Origin: Dimorphilus gyrociliatus
Taxonomy: Eukaryota; Animalia; Annelida
NCBI GenBank assembly: GCA_904063045.1
Contig: CAJFCJ010000011.1
Span: forward strand, 496,001 to 560,000
Direction: 5' to 3'
DNA: 64,000 bases
The position numbers and the translations under genes were made by a program. Below, in pieces: positions 38,401 through 49,500 of this stretch. The notes under the pieces are model-generated. The model was not told the DNA's origin. It ran no database searches and worked only from the letters and a program-made list of their open reading frames with translations. The number at the start of each line of letters is the position of its first letter. Within the stretch, counting starts at the first letter, position 1.

Positions 38401-41400
38401 AGATAAAATAGAAAAATCACAAACTTGGTGAAATCTGTTAGTCCAAACAAGTTGTCTCGCCTCATATGCAAGTTTTCCAAGGTAAATCTATTAGTAGGGT
38501 GAGGGCAAATGTGTTTTTGTATTAGTATTAAAACATATCAACAAGTTAATAAGTAATTAGAGGTAAAATAGAATGATTAAAAGAAGTTAGCATGAGAATT
38601 GTTATTTTTTGCAATTTTGTAGTAGTCTAGTTTGCAATGTCACTCTCAAAATAATTTTTACCATATAATCCAAATAAGTTTTGGACCATGTACGGTGAAT
38701 GGACCAAGTTTTAGGGTATTCTTTACTGATACCGTGTAAGTAGCTCTATCAGAATGTATTTTGCTTATTATATCAAATACTTTTATTTCTTATTTTACAA
38801 GTCATTATTTCTAGTCAATTATTAGTGAAAATTACCTGTACTGTAGATCGAATGTCACCCATTGCTGGTACGCGAGAATAATAGCCTATACAAAGAACAA
38901 AACAAGCATATTCAATTAAGATCATTCATCAAAATATCAACTAACCTCTATTAGCGCAAGCAATCCATCTAACTGCGGCGTAAGGATTTGGTTGAGGACC
39001 AACCATATAAGTAAATATTCTAACTTTCTTTTCTGGCCAATTATAGTTTTCGAAAACCTCTTCTGCAGTATCCGTTCCTCCGTCAGTAAGAAACATAATT
39101 ACTTTGTTGCAATTAGCTCCTTCTAAATCCCCCTCATCCATTGACTTGTTGAACTAAAGTATAATAATACTAGGAAGACTATCTTTAAATAATTGTTAAC
39201 ACAAACTTCCTTTATCCTTTCAAATGCAAATTTAAAAGCATTGTTGTATTTTGCCATTCCCTTAGCTTGTAAATCGTCTATAGCTTTCAAAAGAACCTGT
39301 AATCAAATATTTTTTTCAAATTTTACGAGAGAATAATTAACTTGTAAATTTAGATTGATTAAACTTACTTGTTTATTCCTTGGGTTTGCTTGAACAAATT
39401 TTCGGAAACATCCTACATAATCCGCTTGATCTGAAAACTAGTATAAAAATTCTTCTTAAAAAAGAAATTTCGTACATTGACTTTCTCATGCGTACGTCAA
39501 GGTGTTTTCTACTAAGTGAGCATGCATCCTTCAACAGAAGGAAAAAATTGTATTTTTTTAAAGGGTCAGGCGAGGATACAAACTTTAATTAATCAAAAAT
39601 TTTATTTACATACTTAATTATGTACAGATAATGATAAACAAGGCACATACTCAATCTATTAATTCTGTATAAGACATTAATTTAAGGAATATACTATTTA
39701 AACTTATTTCTTATTACATATACTGTATATAAGAAAATATTTTTCAACATAAATAAATTTACAACTTGAACTTAAATATAATTATGATTCATTAAGGTCA
39801 TTACTATATAATAAGTGATGGATAATTTGACTTTTGTGACGTTTACTATAGAAAATTATGTATAATATAACATGCGCCAGTTACATATTTTATAAAAATT
39901 TATCTAAAAACTGAAAAAATTAAATAACGTAAAAATAATCTACTTTTGTGCGCCATATAAAAATGCACTGCTAGACGGATATTTATGGAAAGGGATTCAA
40001 CTTTTCGTTGTCCAGGAAAATATCCAATAAACTACATAGTTTTAAGATATAAAAATATTTTTTTTTAAATAAGAACGCTTCCATTGGACACACAAAAAAT
40101 GAATCATAAGTATTTAGAGAAGGTTATGGAGGTGTTTTCTTTTTCCATATTTTCTACATCTTCATAACATATTTATACTTTTACAGCCTTACGTTTGCTA
40201 CAGCGACATAATCATTTTGTCCAAGCGTGCTAATTAGAGATTTAGCAGTCTCTTTTATTAAAGATAAGGCTTGTCCATATGTACTTCCACTCCTTTGAAA
40301 GCCGCATAGGTAAATATAATTATAATATTTAATTTCATCAATTTGGTATAAGTCTCACATGCAAAAACACTTGGTGAAAATTTGCACTCAATAGAAAAAT
40401 CTTACGCTCAAGACAGAAACAAAATCATCTTCACTGAGTAAATCTAAAAATGACTTTGCAGTTTCCTTTATAAGTAATAAATTTTGACCCTGAGTGCTTC
40501 CACTCCTGATGAAAGATAAATGGTAATAATAAAATTTCTAAGTTTCTTTTTATAGAAATTTAAAAACATGGCATATTATACATTTCATTTAAAAAAGATG
40601 TATTGTAAATGTTCTCTCAAGAGATCTCTGATTTAATATGTACTCTATTATTAATCTCTTTGTAACGAGCAATAATGATGATAAATCCATTATTGTTTGA
40701 AATAGACGCTTCGACGTCACAGATTAAGTTCAAATTCCTTAGGCAAAATATTTCTACTTACGTATCTATAAGTATTAGCATGTCTTTTGGAGAACTGGCT
40801 CCCTGTGTGTACCAAGGACGTCTACGGACATCATATAAATCTGGTTCAATGTTAGACCATTTTATTCCTGAGGGGAGAAATTTTATTTTATAAGTTTTTT
40901 TTTAAATTCAATTATTTACCGGGAAAAACCCGCAGAACTCCAGTTTGACTTCCAAAATACTGCAATAGCATATTGTCATAGTTTTTAGAATTATTATACC
41001 ATACTTCATCCAACTTGTTCGTCCATTTTAAGTCATTCAATATGTGTAAATCTAAAATTATTTAACCTTTTAGAAAAAGCTCTAAGACATTTTTAATTGT
41101 TTAATACAAACCACCCTCATAAATTTCTACTGGAATATGAACGCTTGAAGAATTATATGAAACATTTCGCATAAGACGTTCCTCGTAAACGAAGCCTTCT
41201 TCATTCTCCCTAATATTCCGAGCATTCTTATACGAAACATCTTCAAGCTGAAAACATTCATATATTTAATGTGTAATAAAAATATAATTTATTAGCTCCT
41301 TGTGTAAGTTTGAATTTACCTTTAGGTTAGGATCGTAACCATGCTGACCAGCGTATTTTTCGGCCTCGTTAACGGCATTCTGTTCGAAGAATAAATGCAC

Positions 41401-41925
41401 TTTACGTAAGAAGAGAGATAAAAAAAAACATGCCTCTAAAGACTCGATTTTTTCTTGCAGTATTTTATGTAATTTGTTAGCCAGTTTTCGAACTAAATGA
41501 CTGCCGTCTATATCCAAAGTAGTCGCATCAAATTCGTTGACTTTTTCGTTGTAATTTTTTACAATTTTTTCTATTAGTGTGTTACTTTTCAAAAAATCCA
41601 ATAGTGTCTTTTGGAATTTTGCAAAAAGAGTTGCAAGTCTGTAATATGAAAGATGCATATACATAAAAATTGTAAGATTATTATTTGTAATGGTTGAAAA
41701 ATCTAAAAATAGCGGCACACGTTCTTTGATCATCATCGAGTTTATCATAAATAAATATATGTAGAGTAGTTTTGAATAGTAATTATTATACTTTCAAGAT
41801 TACACTAGCAAAGGAAATGTAATATATTATGAGTAAAAATGCACTTACGGATCGACACCCTGCACTCTCTCTTGGATAAGACTTACACAAAAAAACATAA
41901 TTAAAATCTTCGGTGTTAGATGCAT
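35440..41925 (-). CDS. CACNA2D: Voltage-gated calcium channel auxiliary subunit alpha2-delta; more than 20 exons
   Basis: Signal peptide [23 protein letters not shown]; [29 protein letters not shown] (MIDAS); [13 protein letters not shown]; [20 protein letters not shown]; LLDDGGFLV; [10 protein letters not shown]; GPI-type tail [22 protein letters not shown]. Confidence 0.95.
38425..38487 (-). CDS. CACNA2D: alpha2-delta alternative exon Y ([21 protein letters not shown]), duplicate of exon X
   Basis: CTAATAG acceptor, GTTTGT donor, phase 0-0; aligns to the same human segment (EYLDVL..KQVQWTNVYLD) as exon X. Confidence 0.7.
38662..38745 (-). CDS. CACNA2D: alpha2-delta exon X ([28 protein letters not shown])
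   Basis: Phase 0-0, canonical splice sites; retains the YLD of the dCache1 pocket. Confidence 0.85.
40193..40292 (-). CDS. CACNA2D: alpha2-delta VWA exon B ([33 protein letters not shown])
   Basis: 100 nt, phase 2-0, AAG acceptor and GTAAGG donor. Confidence 0.88.
40406..40505 (-). CDS. CACNA2D: alpha2-delta VWA exon A ([33 protein letters not shown]), duplicate of exon B
   Basis: 100 nt, phase 2-0, CAG acceptor and GTAAGA donor; same length and phase as exon B and clearly homologous to it. Confidence 0.88.
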
Positions 41926-42271
41926 TTTGAAAATTAAATCTGCTAATGTCCTAGTACAGATGTTGTCGCCATTTAGAGATAGAAATGAATAGCATCTAAT
42001 GGAACAAAATGTGAGTAAGTAACGGTAGCACTAGAAAAAGTGTGGCGAAGGCTACAACACGGTGCAGCATCTCGTTTTTCTACAAGTTTATAATTTATTA
42101 ATATTTTTTATATCAACTTGTTCATTTATAAGTAATAAAAAAAATTCTTATCCGTTATTATTAAGAATAGTAATTGTGGTTACATTCTATTATTCTGTAG
42201 CAACTTTGCAAATACAAAAACAATAAATTCTCGTAACCATTCTTAGTACTACCATTTTCTTATACTATATA

Positions 42272-42286
42272 ACGTCATTTCCGGAA
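42272..42286 (-). promoter_or_regulatory. Overlapping ETS-CRE composite (CCGGAAATGACGT) in the CACNA2D/ANKS6 divergent promoter
   Basis: One mismatch to the CCGGAAGTGACGT ETS-CRE overlap known from vertebrate proximal promoters; 145 bp upstream of the ANKS6 ATG. Confidence 0.35.
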
Positions 42287-42429
42287 AAATTGCTAGTTCT
42301 TAATGGAATATATGTATTTAAATAACTTAACAGAAACTATGATTTAACTTCAAAAACATTTAGGCTCAATCTGTTTATAATGTCGGAAAAGCGGTCATTT
42401 TTATTAATTTGCTTTAAAAATGCTACTTT

Positions 42430-44409
42430 ATGGCACATATTCAGCAATTATTAGATGCCTGTCGTTTGGGCGAAGTGAACGCTGTTCTGGCCCTACTGAA
42501 TCATGTTGACGTTAATGCTTCAGATCATCAGGGGGTTACAGCTTTACAAATGGCTTCAGCATGTGGTCGTATAGTAATTGTTAGGGAACTTTTAGCAAGG
42601 GGAGCGGCACTGGAGCAGGCAAACAACCTTGGATGGACGCCACTATTACACGCATGTAGAAGAGGTAGACTAGACGTAGCCGACATTCTCATTGCTAACA
42701 AGAGCAACGTCAATGCTAGAACAAAACACGGAACATCAGCATTAGTTTTGGCTGCACGGGGCGGCCATTCACTGGTAGTTAAATCCCTTTTAGACGCTGG
42801 AGTCGAAACATGGCCTCAAACTGCGGTGGACGTAACAGTGTGTGAAATTTCTGCACTAATGGCTGCCTCCCAAAAGGGACATCACTCAGTAGTTCGTCTT
42901 TTGTTAGACAAAGGTGCCGATGTAAATGCTCGAGCTCCGTCAACAGGCGTGTCCGCTTTAAGTTTTGCAGCTCTTTCCTCGAATGTTAGTTGTTGCGAAA
43001 TTTTAGTTCAGAGAGGAGCTGATCCTGACCAATATGACGTAAATGGAAGAACACCATATTACTTAGCTAGACACAAATCGGTCAAAGATTACCTTAGGCA
43101 AAGAACTGATGGAGCATCAATTGTTGATGACCAGATTAAAAGATCAGAACAAACCCTTTTTCTGCAAGCTCTTTTAGAAGGTGATACTCTAAAAGTAAAA
43201 TCATTTTTAGAACGAAACCCCTCCCTAGTAGACATTACTTTGACACAGCATGATGGAGCAACTCCTTTAATGCTAGCTGCTGTTAGGAATCAAACTGGAG
43301 TGGCTAAACTATTAATTGAGTATGGTTGCAATATAGATTCTCAGGACTCAAAAAATGGCTGGACAGCTTTGATGCAAGCTACCTATCACAAGTATGTATA
43401 TAGCTCTTTTTCTAAATAAATAATGCAAAAAGATTTGTTACAGTAACGAAGATATGGTTAGATTGCTTTTAGAATCTAACGCCAACCCTAGAATTGTGAA
43501 TCATGTGGACTTTACTGCTTTCGAACTTGCTACAATGAACATGGGAAATACTGAAATTTATCGATCGTTAGCCAAGGCTACTGACCCTAATTCTGGAGTT
43601 AGAGATGAGGCCAAGAAGAGATCTTGGAAGAAATTTCTTAGTAGAGTATCCTCTCGCTTTGGATCGACTCTACGTCCTTCATCTAGTCGCTTGTCATTAA
43701 ATTCTACTCAAACTATTGTTGAAGCAGATCGAACAATGTCTAAAAAAGAGTTTGATCGCGTTATGAAGGATAGTGAGAGACAAAGAAGAATGGCTGAGAA
43801 AATGGAGAGAAGAAAAATCGTTTCTGCTAAGTCAATGCTCGATTTAAGTGCAACACCTTCACCAGCAAGTCTTGCAATGAAAACCTGGGTAAGATTTATT
43901 TTCATATTGTGCAATTAGTCATGTTTTAAGGAAATTCGATATTCTTCTAGGCACCTGCTAAAAACCTAGGCTATAAAAGAAATTCTCAATCAACTTGTAA
44001 TTTAACTTCTATTGGAATGCGCAATCCAAACTGTAGTCCAGGATCATCTGCAACAGCTGTTGCTTTGTCTGGAACATCTAGTGGATCAAGCACGTTAACC
44101 AATGATCGGAATAAGCGAAAGCCATTGATTCATAGTCCACCATCGACAAGATCTCAGAGCTCTTTACCACTAAGTGAAGCTGTAGAGCATCTTGAAGATG
44201 AGGAAGATGTTGCTGGTGTTTTACGCCAATTATCTCTGCAGTCATATACTCCTGTTTTCGAAGAAAATGAAGTTGATATGGAGGCCTTTCTTACATTAAA
44301 TGACAAAGATTTATGCGAGCTTGGTATAAATGAATCATTAGCGAGAAACGATATACTAAGCGCCATAACCAGAATCTCAACTAGGAATCGAATATCTTCG
44401 CCTTGTTAA
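42430..44409 (+). CDS. ANKS6: Ankyrin repeat and SAM domain protein 6; 3 exons
   Basis: About 10 ankyrin repeats including DGATPLMLAA..GWTALMQATYH; C-terminal SAM domain FEENEVDMEAFLTLNDKDLCELGI..ILSAI matches ANKS6 rather than ANKS3. Confidence 0.88.
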
Positions 44410-44570
44410 TGCTTTTCTTAATCTACTTCTCTATTATTCATGTGATGTTAAAGAATCTGTGATACAATCAGGTTTATTTTTAAGCATTTATCTATATTTT
44501 TCAGATTAATTTTTGAATCAAAATACAGTGCAATCTATCGTTGAAAATATTTTAGCCTGATGAGATATTA

Positions 44571-45384
44571 TTAGGAAAATTGTAAACTTTCCTCATTTAG
44601 ATAATAACTTATTAGTCTAGTTTTTCTTCTAAAAGTTGAAGTGTTCGATTTGCGGTAAAGAGTATCAGTTGGCCTCTGTAAAGATTTCTTTGTTAATTCA
44701 CTGTTTGAAGTCGGTAAATTCCATAGACACAAAATGGAGGCCACTAAAACTAAAGTTGTGCAAAAGCCTAAAAATAAACAATATATATTCAAACTAATCA
44801 GCCGAAGAAGCAACTTACCAATTAATGATGCTGTTTTAACGGATAATTTTTCATCCGAAGTAGTTTTACCGTTATGCAATTTTTGAATGCTTAAACAATC
44901 TTCAAAAATATCTTTATGTTCAAGAATACACGATTGCCTTTCATCTCCTATTCCATGAGCCTTACAATAAAATATTCTTGTTTTATTCACATTTTGACAT
45001 TCTATACTATAACTTAAACGAAATTTTCGGATTTCTGCTAAAAAGAAACCAAAAAAGAATATTTTTAATTGATAAAGCCAACAAACCAAGATTCGATAAA
45101 ACTTTTGTCCTTTTCTTATGGTACAGATTATATAATTTAGTTTCTTCTTTAAGTAGAAAATTGACTTCAACAGATGAATTAGAAATAAAAATATCCACTT
45201 CACACTGAATTTTAGCATTAAATATTGGATGATAATTTTCATTATATCCTCCCTCTGTAATATTTGTAGTTAACCTAAGTTTACCCAGTGTAAAATTTGA
45301 ACAAAGACAGGAAATGTTATCGAAGTTTATTAACAATATGAAAAATTGTTTTTGCAATATTTTAAAGCGAAAATAACTTTTCAT
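44571..45384 (-). CDS. Hypothetical single-pass type I membrane glycoprotein, about 254 aa; exons 45384-45087, 45037-44571
   Basis: A 49-nt phase-1 GT-AG intron joins two ORFs; N-terminal hydrophobic stretch, five N-x-S/T sequons, several Cys, TM segment LISLNIYCLFLGFCTTLVLVASILCLW, short basic tail. Confidence 0.55.
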
Positions 45385-45549
45385 AATCAATAATTCTATA
45401 ATCTTTTTACTCTTATAGCCGATAATATTTTTATTCAATCAGTTGATTCAACTGGTACGATTTTAAAAAATTTTTTCGCTATATTAAATTATTATTAATT
45501 AGATTATTCATTATTAAATATTTGAAGCAAAAATAGTAGAGTAAACTCC

Positions 45550-46369
45550 ATGTATCAGGTTATTGTACTTCGCAACGGAAGCTGTAAAGGTATTTTAAAA
45601 AAATTTTAAATATAAAAATTTTTAATTTTCTTTTAATATCGCTCAGATGAACACAATGGATATATAGTTTATTGTACTATAACTCTTATTAAAGGAGAGT
45701 TTAATGTTTTGGTAGATCCTGGTGGATACTGGGATCAAGAAGTTCTAGTTAAAGGTAATATCATTCTGGGTCAAAATTCAAATGACTTCTAAACAGAACA
45801 GAAATCATTAGGGTTAAAAGAAAATGACTTGGATCCAGCAGATATTGACTATGTTATTTGCTCTCATGGCCACTCCGATCACATAGGAAACTTGCATTTA
45901 TTCCCAAAAGCCATTAAAATTATTTCCAATGACGTATCAAGAGGAAATGTTTACTTTAAAGATAATCCCCTTAAAAAGGTACATTTTAAAGAATTAAATG
46001 AAATCCTTTAGTTTGACATAATGACAGGGTGAAGATTATGTTGTAGATGAAAATTTACGTATTATATCAACTCCTGGGCACACTTGCAACGATATTAGTG
46101 TTCTAGTAGAAACTAAAGAGTATGGAAAAGTTATTGTGGCTGGTGAATATAACTTTTTAAGTTTTATTGAATATTGTTTGTCATTAATCAGTTATTAATC
46201 AAAAGGCGACATTTTCGAATGTGAAGAAGATATCGAAAATCCTTCATTATGGATGGAAAATTGTGAGATGCCCTCTACTGATAAGCAGGAAGAATCTAGG
46301 CGAGCTATTACAAAGATGGCAAATTACATTGTTCCAGGTCATGGAGCTATGTTTCAAGTTAAAAAATAA
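45550..46369 (+). CDS. MBLAC1: Metallo-beta-lactamase domain-containing protein 1; multi-exon
   Basis: VLVDPG, SHGHSDHIGNL (HxHxDH), TPGHT, VAGDIFE, IVPGHG motifs in MBLAC1 order. Confidence 0.88.
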
Positions 46370-46548
46370 ACTAATATATACTACAATGAAATTTAATATT
46401 TATTGAAAATCTTTAAGACAAAGCATTTAAATTTGCAAGTTTTAAAGATTTGAGAAGCAGAGCATTTCTTTGAGATGATTGCGCCTCTCTATAATGGAAA
46501 TTTTGGAATTAATAAATATCAAACAGTCTATTTTTTCTCAAAATTTAG

Positions 46549-49500
46549 CTAGTCAGTATAAGATAATAGATAAATATTTCCTCGCTTGTCTCCTGCAATA
46601 ATTTTTCTTTCATTTGAATTGTCGAAAGATGCCAATTTGGTAACTGGTGCTGAACATAAAAACTCTCCTTTTAGTTCACTTTTGTTTGTTTGAAATCCCC
46701 AAGCTCTTATTAAACCATCACTAGAGGAAGTAAAGTATGTTTCTCCGATTTGTACAATAGAAGTAATTGAATCATCATGAAGCTTTAAAAAAATAAATTC
46801 AATAGTTAAAATTTTAAATCATTTTCTTTTCTGTATTTTGTTTATTTCTTACTTTATACTTCTCCTCGGATGATTTTCTTGAAATAAATAGATTTCCGGT
46901 AGAGTCGGTTGCCATTAGGGAATCAGAAGCGTCATTTTCTATGCATAGTCTCAAAGGATTTAACCATAAATTGGGGGTTTCGAAGCTTTTAATTTTTTTA
47001 TACAATTCAAAATCCTGCTTATCCTGAAAAAACAAAGCACATAACTTTTAGTAATGATCTATAATAACAATTAATTTTGTCTTACATTGTCTCCTAAAAC
47101 TTTATAAATTCGAACTACTCCCTTAGTGTTCGATATGCCAACTAATAATGAACCATCGGATTTATAGTTGGAAATCTGAGCTCCGATTACGTCCGAAGTT
47201 TTACTAGTTAAAAAAGTTTTTGTTGAAAAGATATGAAAAGCATTAATGCTAAATTTCTTACCATTGGCCCATTATTATGTTATGTAAAAATTCACCATTA
47301 GGTCTAAAACTTAATTTGCATAATTGTCCTTTGGCTGTCATCAGAATGGTGTTGTGCTTTTCAGGATTGTAAGTCACTTGAATTATGCGAGATTTTTTCC
47401 CAAGGCTTGAAATTTCATAATAACTACTTTGTCTATAACGTTAATCATTATGAATAAGATGTATTGAACAATACAATTTGTAACTTACTGTACGCAGATG
47501 TTATCTGCTTGAATGGTTAATATGTATGTTCTAAACTCAGCTGTTTCATAATTGACTATTAGTATCCATCTATCTGAGCTTATTCTCCAAGAATGCAAAT
47601 CTATGATGGGACCTTCAAAAGACGTCTTGAAAAAGAAAAAAGTATATAGTTTACCCGATTACAATAATTAGTCAATAAAACATACTTCAAGACCTTTACT
47701 TAATTCACTAAGAAGTGACAAATCATTATTCTCCAGTCTCCAAATTTTGCAGGCACCGTCTAAACTACCTGTTATAACTAACTTTTTACGCTCGTCGACA
47801 AATATTGCTGATATTTCAGAGCTATGTTGTAGTTTTAAAGACTGAACTTTATCTGGAACAGTCCAAATTCTTACTGACCCATCTCTTGAAGATGTTGCCA
47901 CGCGATTTCCTAAATTTTCAAGAGCATTTACTGGATAGGAATGTCCTTCAAGATCATCAATGTGTTCGCTCTAAAAAGTTTAAATATGCCAATTAATATT
48001 AAGAGAGACTTAACCTTATGTATCATACTATAATTGGCTTGAAAATAGATATTTTTCCATCATCCGAGGCAGTTACAACCATAACGTCTTTAACTTTTTC
48101 TGTATTTCTACTTAATTTGTTCTGGTCATGCTTTTCTTTCCATTCTTCCTTCGCAACTATTTTACTCCAGTCTTTTGATAGTATATCATCTACAACACTT
48201 TCTTCGGGTTTTCTTTCGTTCGTAACTAATATATCTATATCATTTAGTCTACTAGTGTCAGCTTGAATAGTTGTAAGTTCCGCTCCTCTTTTACTCCAAA
48301 TTTTTAATTGTCCATCGCTTGAGACACTTCCAATACATTTTTTCTGGAAGTATAAATTTTGTTTTTGGTTTTCCTTTCGATTAATTAACTAACCTTATGC
48401 AAAACACGATTTACTGCAGCTTCATGGCCTTTAAAGCTTGTTTCTATATCGCTGTCACCATTGATATTCAACATTTTCATAGTGAAATCATTACTACTAG
48501 TTAATAAATATCTAGATTCTCCGTCAATTAAGCATATAGAATTAATCCAATCAGGATGAACATTGGTATATGTTTTATTAATATTCAAAACACCTTTTTC
48601 TGATACTGTCCAATTCTTAATTGACATATCTCTACTGCATGTCCAGATTGTGTTATCGACAAATTCGATACCTTTAAACATATAAAAATTATATTGTAAT
48701 GTAATTGTAAAGCATATAATTTAGTGCAAACCTGTAACAGCTGATGTATGACAATTTTTGTTACTTAATATATAGAGCTTTTTCATGACTTTGTTGTATT
48801 TTACACAAATTATTTCGTTGTCAAAAGTTCCAACAAAAATTAAATCTCTACCATCAAGGCACAAGCTTGAAATTGAGGAACTGGTAACAGAAATCCGTGC
48901 GTCAATCACAATTGTATCTTTACATGATCTTAAAATGAATAGTTCTCCCGAGGTGGTCGTGCATGCTATAGTAATATCATCAGTATTTTGAAATACTTGT
49001 AAGCAAGTGATAGATTGTTGAGATATTCTGTTGAAAAATTAAAATTAACTTCAAGACTATTTATGTTTTCTTATTTTCATACTTTTTTGTTAAAATGCAA
49101 GTTTTTGTAAATATATCGTATATTCTAACATATCCATCGTGAAAAGCAGCTATAATTTCATTTTTTACTGGACTAAATATAACTCTGGTTACGCTACTAT
49201 CTTCGACAAATTCGCCAAATTTGATTCCAAGTTTTCCTGACCATACTTTGCCTAGACAATCATCTGCCACAGTGATTAGTTTTGATCCATTTTCATTGAA
49301 AACTAGGTCGTTTACAGGGGATATATGACCTTCGAAGCGCCCCAGCTTGGATCCTATTTCTCCAGACCACAGTGCTACTTCTCCATCTAATGCTGCAGAT
49401 GCTATATAAACACCAGATGGCGAATAAGAAACAGCACGTACAGCCGAATTGTGACCCCTTAGAATCTATAAAAAAAAGTATTTGATTTAAGTAGGAAAAG

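Noticed and set aside
39440-40190. Missing microexon or third VWA exon copy in the 750-nt alpha2-delta intron
   Set aside because: The acceptor CTAG|TTT TCA GAT gives phase 0 directly, so no microexon is needed, and I saw no third SGS-type exon.
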